A stretch of 64,000 nucleotides of DNA from a virus (Duplodnaviria > Caudoviricetes): positions 1 to 64,000 of IMG/VR virus record IMGVR_UViG_3300010346_000241. One strand, 5' to 3'. Position numbers and translations under genes: made by a program. The notes beneath the pieces were generated by a model that worked only from the letters and a program-made list of their open reading frames with translations, did no database searches and was not told the origin of the DNA. Positions 36,901 through 46,629 of the stretch are shown here, piece after piece. Numbering within the stretch: the first letter of the stretch is position 1; each line of letters starts with the position of its first letter.

Positions 36901-38909
36901 ACATTCGTAAGAACACCAGTAGCAGATATCGAAATCGGCGATAAGATTGCTGTAGTGGGTCCTGCTAACGTTGTATTCGATTCTGAGTATTGGGATGGAT
37001 CAGACTTCATGACTACACTCAACTCTTCAGAAGTCGTAGAGTATTCAGTTCTTGATACGAAGGAAGATGGATATGATGTAGAGACTGCATCTGATAGATT
37101 CGATGTCTCTGGTATTGTATCACATAACTGCCGTACAAGAGTTATTGGTAATCACTATGATCCTAACAATGAGATTACTCATGGTAGAGGTAACCTCTCA
37201 TTCACCTCTATCAATCTCCCTAGACTCGCTATAGAGTCTGGCGGTTCGGAAGAGAAGTTCTTCAACGATCTTAGATACTATATGGAAGTTGCTAAGTCTC
37301 AGCTTCTTGAAAGATTTGAGATTCAGGCTAAGAGACATGTCTATAACTTCCCATTCCTTATGGGACAGGGAGTATGGATCGGCTCTGATAAACTCAAGTG
37401 GACAGATGAGGTGAGAGAAGTTATCAAGAACGGTACACTCTCTATCGGATTCATCGGTATTGCTGAAACTATGAAGTGTCTCTACGGCCACCATCATGGC
37501 GAAGGTGAGGAGTATGAACAGAAGGCTATCAATATCGTCAAGTTCATGCGTAATATAACTGACCAGATGGCTGAAGAAACTGGACTCAACTTCTCACTTC
37601 TTGCTACTCCTGCAGAAGGACTTTGTGGTAGATTCCTCAGAATCGACAGAAAGAAGTTCGGCGTTATCGAAGGAGTAACAGATAAGGAGTTCTATACTAA
37701 TTCATTCCACATTCCTGTAAACTTCAAGATCTCTGCATTCGATAAGATCAGGCTTGAAGCTCCTTTCCATGAGCTTACTAATGCTGGTCATATTACGTAT
37801 ATCGAGTTCGACGGAGACACATCAGAGAATATAGCTTCTATCGAAAAGGTAGTACGTTGTATGCATGATCAGGGAATCGGCTACGGTGCTATCAATCACC
37901 CTGTAGACAGAGACCCAGTATGCGGATATACTGGTATCATCGGCGATACTTGTCCATGCTGTGGACGTAAGGAATCAGAAGACCATATCAGATTCGAGAG
38001 AATCAGACGAATAACGGGTTAACCTACACGATAAGCCCTAAAACTAACACAAACCTATCATAGATAGGCTTTCCATGATTGGACTCAGAGTATGGGTCAG
38101 AAATCAAATAATGATTATGGAGGGATCAAGAGATGGATGTAGTTACAACCTACAATTCAAACCTTGAGTTTAGAAAGATACCATCATTACAGTTCCTATA
38201 TGAGGTCAACTCTAATGGAACTATCTTTAGGAATGTCAAGTCTAAGAAGCAACTTCGCATCAAGCTTGACTACCATCATTCAAAAGCTGGTTACTATTGT
38301 ACTTTTGTCAATATCAAGGGTCAATGTATAAGAGTCATGATACATTCTGTTGTAGCAGAGTGTTGGCTTGGACCAAGACCTGAAGGATATGAAGTAGATC
38401 ATCGAGATAGAAACAGTCATAACAATGACTATAGGAATCTCCGCTATGTAACTCATAGCGAACAGATGAAGAATAGAGTACTTGGAGATCATGTCATTGC
38501 AGCTGCTACAGCTAATTGTGCAGCTTACGTGAAAGATATCTCCATAAGATGTGTAGTGATAGATTCAAGAACTAATGACACATATCACTTTAGATCAGCT
38601 ACTCAAGCAGCTTACTTCATCGCATATGAGACTGGTAAGAGTCCAGAGCAAGTTAGAGGTAAGCTGAAACAAAGAAGAAGTCACATATACTTCTATGATA
38701 TAGTATATGTGAACAACAAGAACTTCTGGCCAGACAGTATCTTTCGAAATGCAGAGACTAGACGTGTTGGCTCTACGGAGCAAGGAATAGTCCACTTATA
38801 CGAACAAGATGACGAGTAAGTGTATCTTGTAGGTGATGTAGTCACATGGAATGACGCTAAGAGTGCTGAAGAAAGTATGAGACTTCCTCATAATGCTTCA
38901 GATAACTAA
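33930..38909 (+). CDS. nrdD: Anaerobic (class III) ribonucleotide reductase; exons 33930-35080, 36291-38019, 38823-38909; 988-aa precursor including intein, ~810 aa mature
   Basis: ATP cone (VEKRDG), HIHDLD, TCCQ, spliced NTMHSRCGAQVPFSSVNLGTDTS, YMG/CRTR, TPAEG, spliced RIRRITGYLVG. Confidence 0.95.
35081..36290 (+). mobile_element. Group I intron 1 in nrdD
   Basis: Exon ends in U (CAGGU) pairing with GCCU in P1; intron ends in G; P10 AGAAAG/CUUUCU; splicing restores V-PFSS; R/S-like CGUAACGCGUAG and AAUGUACGCUGAGCU. Confidence 0.9.
35189..36016 (+). CDS. Intron-encoded double-motif LAGLIDADG homing endonuclease
   Basis: AYYLGFFIADG and LVRGLFDGDGS; SD GAGGAGG. Confidence 0.9.
   Translation: MDDSILRMIYLGNKISSKELQQITGCSKAQLSRVMKTITNKRNIIDVHNRNTVENYFECIQTEEQAYYLGFFIADGCIKYNNGRKPVATFTLQDSDRYMLERFSEAINNPYKLSCATKVRDTGYTSTWYTMRISSQKIVSNLEDIGAGYGKSYREIPILPPNLTRHLVRGLFDGDGSFYYRRSHPEDPNSIAIRGCVELLGFPVVIEDLQMILNDIGVSKYSLRKSDTATQLYAIRMERKDDIKLFYNYMYTDSHIYLERKKKKFEDFFNGIIPS
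36595..37128 (+). mobile_element. 178-aa mini-intein in NrdD, inserted before the catalytic Cys
   Basis: Starts SVTGD after YMG; block B TATDDHP; block F YDVET; ends SHN followed by CRTRV; no endonuclease motif. Confidence 0.9.
38020..38822 (+). mobile_element. Group I intron 2 in nrdD, directly after the glycyl-radical Gly codon
   Basis: P1 GGGU/GCCC; P10 ACCUACA-C-GAUA pairs with exon UAUC-U-UGUAGGU; P7 GAGACUA/UAGUCC; terminal G; splicing restores ITG-YLVG. Confidence 0.9.
38133..38819 (+). CDS. Intron-encoded HNH homing endonuclease (NUMOD4/HNH_3-like)
   Basis: YEVNSNG, IHSVVAECWLGPRP, VDHRDRNSHNNDYRNLRYVTHSEQ. Confidence 0.9.
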   Translation: MDVVTTYNSNLEFRKIPSLQFLYEVNSNGTIFRNVKSKKQLRIKLDYHHSKAGYYCTFVNIKGQCIRVMIHSVVAECWLGPRPEGYEVDHRDRNSHNNDYRNLRYVTHSEQMKNRVLGDHVIAAATANCAAYVKDISIRCVVIDSRTNDTYHFRSATQAAYFIAYETGKSPEQVRGKLKQRRSHIYFYDIVYVNNKNFWPDSIFRNAETRRVGSTEQGIVHLYEQDDE

Positions 38910-38936
38910 AAAGAAATAACAATGTGACTCTGAGAT

Positions 38937-38965
38937 ATGAGGGAACCCTTAATGGGTTCCCTCAT
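38937..38965 (+). terminator. Terminator after nrdD
   Basis: ATGAGGGAACCC/GGGTTCCCTCAT followed by a T-rich tract. Confidence 0.8.
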
Positions 38966-39011
38966 TTCTTCTTGCCTTTACAATCGCTCCCAACTCAATC
39001 CGTTCAGAGTC

Positions 39012-39023
39012 AACTTTATAATA
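39012..39023 (+). promoter_or_regulatory. AR9-like promoter, AACT variant
   Basis: AACT-TTATAA-TA upstream of the head genes. Confidence 0.55.
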
Positions 39024-39050
39024 AATTCAATACTAGAAGGAGGAATCATG

Positions 39051-41684
39051 ATGCCTAAACTTACTGCCAGGGATATAAAAGAGCGTAGCAACAATCTCCG
39101 TATCATCTCGGAGACTCCAGCTAGCGTGAACATCAAGACCCTGTTCAGACACGTTAAGAGTCAATACTCTTACAACAATGCTAAGATAGTCCTTGAGAAC
39201 TGGAGAGGACTGTCTAGAGATGAGTCTGTTGCTTTTCAGGAAGTTCTTGAACTATTCCAGCTGATATGTGATAATGACTCACCTTCCCACATCAAGAATG
39301 CTTCAGAACTTATAGAAGGCAAGATACTTCACAAAGTTCGTGACGGTAAAGCTCTTCGCCATCTTAACAACTACAAGATGGGTAAACATAAGATAGCAAA
39401 CACTAAGATCGAAAAGCAGACTCATGCTAATGCTACTGTAACTACTCGTGACCTTGAGAACAAGGGTCACCACGTTAACACCCTTCACCCCAACCGTAAG
39501 TATAAGTATGATATGTTCAACCAGCGTAAGGATGAAGCTGTCAAGAAGAATACTCCCGAAGGAGAAGAAGGACAGGAAGAGAAGACTCCTAAGGAGAAAA
39601 TGGTTGAAGAGTGCTATGATAGAATGATCGAGTGTGTTCAAAAGAATCAGCAATGTGATCGTGTCATAGATAACCATGATAAACTCTCAAAGAGATTCAA
39701 CCTTGATAAGATTGTCAGAGAATGTCGTAGAGAAGATGGTTCTTATAGAGACTGCATCTTCGAGTTGTGTTCGCTTATAGATTCATATGATATTGCTGTC
39801 GGTGCTAAGTATGGTATAGCACTGGAGAATATCATGTATCTGATGAACAAGAACTGTATACCTCTTGAGAACAGCTTCATTGCTGAGGCTGTTACTGATT
39901 ACTTCTTGCTCAACAATCAAGACTCGGAAGACTTCTCTATGGATGATCTCATTCATGATATGAAGTACGTTGTAGAGAACTCTAAGTTCTATGATGACAA
40001 TGACTTCGCTCCGATCTCTTATATCTTCGATGAAGACTATGAGCCAATCACCACTACAGAAGAGGCTATCGATACTATTCTTGAGTTTCATTCAGATAAG
40101 CACAAAGAGCTTATAAGAAAGGATGAGAATGGTAAGAAGATTAAGCCTACTGTAACTAAGGTGAAGTTGAATGGTGATAAGAAGAATACCATTAAGGGAG
40201 ACCTTAATGCTTTCAAGATGTCTCACAACAAATCTATCCAGACTCTGAAGAAGTGTCTCCATAGAGTCTTCTGTAACTCACCAGAGAATATCGTCAAGGA
40301 ACTTCCTGATATATTCGCTGTAGTAAGAGGAGCAGCAATCATCGGCATGTTTGCCTTCTCACCATTCCTCGGAATCTTTGGTCTGATTACTGGTGCTTTC
40401 CTTAAGATGGATATCTCTCGTAAGCAGATGAAAGAAGTTGTCGACGCTTACGACAAAGAAATTTCTCGCTATCAAGAGAAACTTAACAAGACTAAAGATG
40501 AAAAGTCTAAACAGCGCTATAAGGAGTACATTAAGAAACTCGAAGCTGACAGAGATAAGCTTGAAGCTAGAGAGGATACTCTCTATACAGAAGAAGAACT
40601 CGAGAAGAAGAGAGATGAGCGTTACGAGAAGAGAAATAAGAACTCTTCAGACGACGATGACTTTGACTTCGGATCATGGGATGAGATGTACAAGTATCTC
40701 GATGATACCTCTATCCTGGTAGAATCTATGAACTGGGATAAGAATGAACTCATGAACACTATAAGACGTTCCATCAACTATGTCACTGCAGACTGCATTC
40801 CTGTACTTACAGAAGCAGTCATCCTCAATAGAGACATCTTTGATGTGAATGAGTATGCTTCTATACTTGAATATGAGAGACATCGTCTCCGTTCTGAGAA
40901 TGGCTATGGTAAGTATGCTAAGATAGATCCTATCAATCTGGCACTTGCTGATATAGCTGCTCTGAAGGAACAAGAGGAAGACAACTCTATTCCTGATCTT
41001 GATATCGTCTCTACTAATGAGTATACGCACTATGTTCAGGAGACTGTACAGGATGTACTTGAACTTCTTGATATCAGTAGAACAGAAGCTCTTAATGAGG
41101 GTAGTCTGTCTAACAAGATTAAACTTGCTGCAGATAAACTTGGTAAGACTGCTGTCAAACTCAAAGACAAAGATCGTAAGATCTCTAAGGACATTGACGT
41201 TACTATGGGTCACTTTGCTCAAGCTGCAGAGAGGGCTCTTACTAACGACAGAAGAGAAGCTATCATCAAGGGTTCTCTCTTACCTTCTGCTTCAAAGACA
41301 ATCAAGGCTGCACTTGTTACTGGTGCTGCTTGGTTAGTGTCTCCTGCTATTGCAGTTATCGGTGTACTTGGTGCTATAGGAACTTCTAAGAAGCTCCAAA
41401 AGAAAGAGCGTCAGATCATTCTCGACGATATCGAGATAGAGCTCAAGATGTGTGATAAGTATATGCGTCTTGCTGAAGATAGGAATGACCTCAAGGCAGT
41501 ACGTTCAATCATGCAGACTCAAAGGGCTCTTGAAAGACAGAGAAGTAGACTTCGCTATAACATGAAGGTTAACTGGAACGAGAAGGCTCCTAAGACCGCT
41601 GGTGATAAGAGTTATGACGAAGCCGTGAACTTCGAAGAAAAGTATATCGGACTCCCTGGAGTTATCGATATCAAAGAAACGTAA
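39051..41684 (+). CDS. Large inner-head/ejection-type virion protein
   Basis: Next to the capsid gene; I/L-x-E processing-like sites, two hydrophobic Gly/Ala-rich segments, coiled coils. Confidence 0.55.
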   Translation: MPKLTARDIKERSNNLRIISETPASVNIKTLFRHVKSQYSYNNAKIVLENWRGLSRDESVAFQEVLELFQLICDNDSPSHIKNASELIEGKILHKVRDGKALRHLNNYKMGKHKIANTKIEKQTHANATVTTRDLENKGHHVNTLHPNRKYKYDMFNQRKDEAVKKNTPEGEEGQEEKTPKEKMVEECYDRMIECVQKNQQCDRVIDNHDKLSKRFNLDKIVRECRREDGSYRDCIFELCSLIDSYDIAVGAKYGIALENIMYLMNKNCIPLENSFIAEAVTDYFLLNNQDSEDFSMDDLIHDMKYVVENSKFYDDNDFAPISYIFDEDYEPITTTEEAIDTILEFHSDKHKELIRKDENGKKIKPTVTKVKLNGDKKNTIKGDLNAFKMSHNKSIQTLKKCLHRVFCNSPENIVKELPDIFAVVRGAAIIGMFAFSPFLGIFGLITGAFLKMDISRKQMKEVVDAYDKEISRYQEKLNKTKDEKSKQRYKEYIKKLEADRDKLEAREDTLYTEEELEKKRDERYEKRNKNSSDDDDFDFGSWDEMYKYLDDTSILVESMNWDKNELMNTIRRSINYVTADCIPVLTEAVILNRDIFDVNEYASILEYERHRLRSENGYGKYAKIDPINLALADIAALKEQEEDNSIPDLDIVSTNEYTHYVQETVQDVLELLDISRTEALNEGSLSNKIKLAADKLGKTAVKLKDKDRKISKDIDVTMGHFAQAAERALTNDRREAIIKGSLLPSASKTIKAALVTGAAWLVSPAIAVIGVLGAIGTSKKLQKKERQIILDDIEIELKMCDKYMRLAEDRNDLKAVRSIMQTQRALERQRSRLRYNMKVNWNEKAPKTAGDKSYDEAVNFEEKYIGLPGVIDIKET

Positions 41685-41697
41685 GGGAGGTTACAGT

Positions 41698-42675
41698 ATG
41701 GGCATATTTAGTTCATATAGACATCCGTTAAATGAAGCGGAAGTAGATGACGGTACTAATAAGCCACAAGCTAATCAGGACGATGAAGACTATACAGCTG
41801 GTGCAGATACTGCGGCAGATGATGAGTATAATGATCCTGCACCCGACGATGCTGGTGAAGACAACGATGTTGACTACACCGACGGAGCTGAAGAAGCAGG
41901 AGATGATGAATCCAATGATGACGACCAAGCAACTGAAGAAGGCCAGGATAACCAGGACGATTCAGAAGGTGATGACGTTGATTACACTGATGGGGCTGAC
42001 AATGCTGCTGATGACGAATCTAATGATACTGGTGACGATACTGGTACTGATGATGATGAAGGATCAGAAGGAGATGTCGACTATACTGATGGGGCTGATG
42101 GCGGCGACGATTCTGAATCAGATGATGCTGGTGAAGAAGGAGAAGAGTCTGAAGGTGATGAAGAGGAAACTGAGGACAACACTTATGAAGACCTTCGAAA
42201 GATAGAAGCAGAACTCTTCTCAAACCTTTCACCCGAACAAATTGATATCAAGAACAAGGAACTTAAGCAGCGCTTCATAGATATCTATGGAACGATCTCT
42301 TCAGTCATCCTTCGTATCAATGATATTCCTAAGACTGATACCAATGTAGACATACTCCACTTTGTTACTGACAAGCTGATGGAACTCAAGGATCTTGTAG
42401 ACTTCACTGTTCAGAAGTCATTCGATACTAAGACCTACATTGAGAACTCTATCAACTATCAGATCTGTCTCTCTACTCTTGATAGTATCTCAGACATCAT
42501 AGCATCTGCTCAACTGGCTGAGGATAATCCTACTCAAGAGGAAGAAGAGGACCAGGATGGTGTAATCGTAGGCGGTGCCGATGATTCCGACATAAATCCT
42601 GGTGATGAAGTAGTTGCTTATGGAGATAAGATGATAGAATCTGCCGATACAGGAAGGTTCAACTCTTTCTTCTAA
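41698..42675 (+). CDS. Highly acidic repeat protein, putative scaffold/core protein
   Basis: Four DxDYTxGA repeats in a D/E-rich tract; immediately upstream of the capsid gene. Confidence 0.6.
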   Translation: MGIFSSYRHPLNEAEVDDGTNKPQANQDDEDYTAGADTAADDEYNDPAPDDAGEDNDVDYTDGAEEAGDDESNDDDQATEEGQDNQDDSEGDDVDYTDGADNAADDESNDTGDDTGTDDDEGSEGDVDYTDGADGGDDSESDDAGEEGEESEGDEEETEDNTYEDLRKIEAELFSNLSPEQIDIKNKELKQRFIDIYGTISSVILRINDIPKTDTNVDILHFVTDKLMELKDLVDFTVQKSFDTKTYIENSINYQICLSTLDSISDIIASAQLAEDNPTQEEEEDQDGVIVGGADDSDINPGDEVVAYGDKMIESADTGRFNSFF

Positions 42676-42707
42676 GACAAAGTTGCCCGAATCGTACGAT
42701 CGGACAC

Positions 42708-42719
42708 AACAATATATTA
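42708..42719 (+). promoter_or_regulatory. AR9-like promoter of the major capsid gene
   Basis: AACA-ATATAT-TA. Confidence 0.7.
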
Positions 42720-42813
42720 AATATAGCCCCTATCCGTATGGCGGTTCAGTGTGGCTATTAGTTTTCCAAGGTAAACTCTTACTATCATAAATCTAAAAAG
42801 GAGGAAATGAATT

Positions 42814-44808
42814 ATGCCTATCTCAGGTACAAGAGAAGTTAGGACTGCTGGTTCTAACTATTCTAAGGACGCTTTAGCACCTCTTGCAAAAGCATACCTT
42901 GATATAACCAACTCAATACTTCATGAGAACGGTCTCTCAGTATATGAAGACACAACAAAGGTTCACATGAATACAATCACAGACAGCACAATTAAGGACT
43001 TCTTTGTCGAGAACTGCTTCGACAGAAATGATCCTATGTTCCGCGACGATCCCGAAGCTCAGGAAGACCAGACTCTGATGATGGAGGAGATGTACATCAA
43101 TGACAAGGAAGCTATCCTCGAGCACTCAGCAGGCGGTCAGCACAACCCCGTAATCGGTATGACATTCCCTATCCATAAGAATATCATGCTGAACAATATC
43201 TTCGACAAGGGAGCAATCCCGAAGTTCGTTGCTACTTCACCTAAGTTCACAGTTTCTATGGAGACCAGATGGCTCATCGACCCTGTAACAGGTGAGAAGA
43301 TCGATATGTGGAAGGATCAGTGGAAGATGACTGATGCTATCCTCAAGGCTGCTCCTCTCAAGAGCATGTACATGGCTCTTCCTGAGGATGGTACAACAGA
43401 CGTACTTGCTACACTGTTCGGCGCTACAGATCCTGAGGATCACCTTTCAATCGAGTCATTCGTAAGCGGTATCGTTGGCAGCAGAGCTGTATTCCCTGGT
43501 CAGAGCATCCAGCTCGTAACCAGCACAACAATCGGCAGTGTTACTACATATCAGATCGAAGACTACACAAACGATACAGCTAACGCTGAGGTTATCGCTC
43601 AGGGTGTTAAACTTGCTGGTTCTACACTCGTTGGTACAGATGTTGTCGGTGCTATCTTCCCATTCGAGGGTAAGTTCGCTCCTGCATACGGCGAGTATGA
43701 CAGACAGATCGTAGAGAGCTTCTCAGTTCCTATGGTTACAGCTGTTGCTGCAGGTACACTTGCTGACACATGGAAGCTCACAGCTAACGGTGTTCAGTAT
43801 GATAACTGCACAAGCGAAGACAGCATTCCTGCTGCGGCAAGAACAAAGGGCTTCCTCTCAGGCTTCTCTAAGGATGATCGCTTCGGCCTTTCATCTTCAA
43901 ACGCTGCTGCAGGCGGTATCATTCTTACTTCAAGAATCGATACATCTTCTGCTAAGCTCAGAACTGCTTCAGTATCTTGGGATGTTCGTACAGACATCAT
44001 TGAGATTCCTAACGCTATCCCGATCAACGTTACAATCTCTCCTGAAGAGGTTAAGGATATCTCTGCTCTGTATCAGATCAACCAGCTGACAAAAGTTCTC
44101 TCACTTATCAAGACATCCCTCAACAACTACAAGGATGATCTTATCCGTAGAGCACTTGACGAAGACTTCGTTAAACTGCCGAACTCACAGAAGATCGGTC
44201 GTTACTTCGACTTTGCTCCTACAACTAACTACGCTCTCGATCCTCTCGAGTGGCGCTACAAGATGTTCATGGATGCTATGGATACTCATGTAACACAGCT
44301 TCTCCATGTTCTCAATGATCCTAACATGACAATCAACGTAATCGGCCGTGATGATCTCATCAGAAAGATTACTCCTACTGAGTACACATATCAGACACCT
44401 ACAAACATCGGCCCTGTTGAGCTCGACTTTGTAAAGACTGTTGTTACATCAGACAGAAGAACATACCAGTTCATCAGCTCTGATAAGCTCCGTGATACAA
44501 ACAACCTGATCGTACTTCTCTGCCCAAGAAACACAGATCGTTTCATCTACAGAATCTACGATTACCAGATGTATCTCAGCAACGAGATCAGAAACTACAA
44601 TAATCCTTCACTCCCTGCAGTACATGCATTCGAGCGTTGGAAGTTCGAGAAGTATCAGCCTGTACAGGGACGTATCGGCATACTCAATCCTACTGGCCTC
44701 CGCAACTATGGTCAGAACTACGCATTCAACAATGATCCTGTTGGACGTGGTGATGGTAAGGGCGTTGCTAGCGTTGGTAAGAATGACTTCGATATCGACG
44801 CTCGCTAA
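42814..44808 (+). CDS. Major capsid protein
   Basis: 664 aa, very strong codon bias; ISPEEVKDISALYQINQLTKVLSLI spine-helix-like region resembling T4 gp23/HK97 fold; propeptide-like N-terminus ending AILE. Confidence 0.75.
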   Translation: MPISGTREVRTAGSNYSKDALAPLAKAYLDITNSILHENGLSVYEDTTKVHMNTITDSTIKDFFVENCFDRNDPMFRDDPEAQEDQTLMMEEMYINDKEAILEHSAGGQHNPVIGMTFPIHKNIMLNNIFDKGAIPKFVATSPKFTVSMETRWLIDPVTGEKIDMWKDQWKMTDAILKAAPLKSMYMALPEDGTTDVLATLFGATDPEDHLSIESFVSGIVGSRAVFPGQSIQLVTSTTIGSVTTYQIEDYTNDTANAEVIAQGVKLAGSTLVGTDVVGAIFPFEGKFAPAYGEYDRQIVESFSVPMVTAVAAGTLADTWKLTANGVQYDNCTSEDSIPAAARTKGFLSGFSKDDRFGLSSSNAAAGGIILTSRIDTSSAKLRTASVSWDVRTDIIEIPNAIPINVTISPEEVKDISALYQINQLTKVLSLIKTSLNNYKDDLIRRALDEDFVKLPNSQKIGRYFDFAPTTNYALDPLEWRYKMFMDAMDTHVTQLLHVLNDPNMTINVIGRDDLIRKITPTEYTYQTPTNIGPVELDFVKTVVTSDRRTYQFISSDKLRDTNNLIVLLCPRNTDRFIYRIYDYQMYLSNEIRNYNNPSLPAVHAFERWKFEKYQPVQGRIGILNPTGLRNYGQNYAFNNDPVGRGDGKGVASVGKNDFDIDAR

Positions 44809-44897
44809 TAGTACGGCCAAGATCGAAAGAATAAAGAGCCTGGTACCTAAGGGTGCCAGGCCCTTCTTTTACAATCTTTAGAAAGGAGTAAGAGACA

Positions 44898-46106
44898 ATG
44901 ATCAAGTATGACTTTGGTGATCTCTTTGATGCTTGTGCTCTTGTGATCGCTAACCCTGAAAGAGCTTCTGCTTATCAGAGTCTCAGAAAAGAGCTCAACA
45001 AGTTCTTCAGAGACTCTAAGTGCACAGATATCATCTACACAAGAAACGACGGTCTGTTCTTCGGTATGTGTGTATATCCTGTAATCAACAAGCTTGATGT
45101 AAAGATGATTGTTCAAGATGATAGCAAATACCGTTTCAAGAACTATGTCATAGAGATTGACTCTAAGATATTCAATCCTATCATCGACATCACTCCTAGT
45201 GAGCTGCTTGCTATGCTGCTTCATGAAGTAGGTCATATCATCAACGATCCTAACCCTGTTGAACAGGTAAGAGATGCAATCAATGTTTCTCTTGCTAAAG
45301 AGAACACTACTCTCTCTATCATTGATACTGTACAGTATTATCAGATACTTGCATATGGTATCAAGAACACTGTAAGAAAGATGAACAGCATGTTCTTCAT
45401 CTATAGAGATGGAGAGGTTCTTGCAGATGAGTTCGTTATGATGTGCGGCTTCCAGGATGAGCTCAATAGCATCTTCAGAAAGCTGTGCAAGAACGGCATG
45501 AAGGTCAACGACGACGTTAATAAGCTCGCTGCTTTGACGTGGACACTGAATCTGTATAAAAACGTGGAATTGAGAAGGATACCTGCTCTCAAGTTACTCA
45601 GACGGGCGTCTTCAATATCCTCATCTGCACTCGACAAAAAAGAATACGAGATTGTCGCTAATGCTCTGAAGAGTATAGACACTTCTGCTATCAAGGAAGC
45701 TGCTAAGCCCTTCAAGGATTGTGACTTCTACTATATACTTGTACAAGAGGGAGCATCTCTTAAGAAGAAGGACACTAAGTTCGCTATTCTGAGGAAGATG
45801 GTTACCAGTAACAAGCTCAGAGAGTTCGAGAGTGATATCTATGAGTATACACTCAGATCTCGTCATGTTGCTACAGAAGAGGATGCACTCTATCTTATGC
45901 GTCAGATCAATCTCAGAATTACTGCTATCGAGGATGCACTTAATAAGGAGCGCTTCGATGAGTATGAGAGAGATCGTTGGTTCGCACTGCATGATAAGTA
46001 CTGCTCACTCAGAGCAGAGATGGCTGCGAATACTAAGTACAGATACGACTACAGCGGTAGTGTAATCACTGTTCAGTATCCCGAGATAGTTGAGAATCGT
46101 TACTAA
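44898..46106 (+). CDS. Putative virion Zn-metallopeptidase-like protein
   Basis: ELLAMLLHEVGH (HExxH) and EVLADEF. Confidence 0.6.
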   Translation: MIKYDFGDLFDACALVIANPERASAYQSLRKELNKFFRDSKCTDIIYTRNDGLFFGMCVYPVINKLDVKMIVQDDSKYRFKNYVIEIDSKIFNPIIDITPSELLAMLLHEVGHIINDPNPVEQVRDAINVSLAKENTTLSIIDTVQYYQILAYGIKNTVRKMNSMFFIYRDGEVLADEFVMMCGFQDELNSIFRKLCKNGMKVNDDVNKLAALTWTLNLYKNVELRRIPALKLLRRASSISSSALDKKEYEIVANALKSIDTSAIKEAAKPFKDCDFYYILVQEGASLKKKDTKFAILRKMVTSNKLREFESDIYEYTLRSRHVATEEDALYLMRQINLRITAIEDALNKERFDEYERDRWFALHDKYCSLRAEMAANTKYRYDYSGSVITVQYPEIVENRY

Positions 46107-46117
46107 AAATAAACAAG

Positions 46118-46140
46118 GAGGGTAGGCAATGCCTACCCTC
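46118..46140. terminator. Bidirectional terminator, identical to 54298-54320
   Basis: GAGGGTAGGCA-A-TGCCTACCCTC. Confidence 0.8.
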
Positions 46141-46618
46141 TTCTTCTATTCATGTCGTTATCTGTAGCATAGTAGATAGCATCAATGATATCATCTATAA
46201 CAGCCTGCTCGTCGATGTTTCTGAAATGAAGAACGAACATTCTTCTACCATCCTTTCTTTTCCTTACCTTGATACAGCTATCAATGTCATTCTTTAGATA
46301 GTGGCGAATGTCCTCTATAGCCTTTCTGATAGGGGTAATGAACTTAAGTTCGTAGAGTACAGTAAGATCAGCATTGATCTCTCTACCGAGTAGCGGTGAC
46401 ATAGACTTGTTCACCTTGAGATCAAGTAACTGATTATCTACCATATCCTTATTGATAGCAGACATAGTAATCTTCATCGGTATCCTAAGAAGTTCATAGT
46501 ATCTATTGAGAAGGTTTATCGACTCTTGCTCTACTGAGATAATCTCACTTCTCTTATCGAGATAGTCATAGTATGCTTCCTTCTGTTTGAATGTATACAT
46601 ACGAATGTTGTCTGACAT
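46133..46618 (-). CDS. Hypothetical protein
   Basis: SD AGGAG; 161 aa. Confidence 0.65.
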   Translation of the reverse strand: MSDNIRMYTFKQKEAYYDYLDKRSEIISVEQESINLLNRYYELLRIPMKITMSAINKDMVDNQLLDLKVNKSMSPLLGREINADLTVLYELKFITPIRKAIEDIRHYLKNDIDSCIKVRKRKDGRRMFVLHFRNIDEQAVIDDIIDAIYYATDNDMNRRRG

Positions 46619-46629
46619 AATATCATCTC

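Noticed and set aside
35081-38022. Stop-codon reassignment explaining the split nrdD
   Set aside because: The breaks are explained by group I introns with correct junctions; TAA, TAG and TGA all end genes normally
38937-39050. Extended start of the head protein ORF
   Set aside because: Begins inside the nrdD terminator, upstream of the promoter
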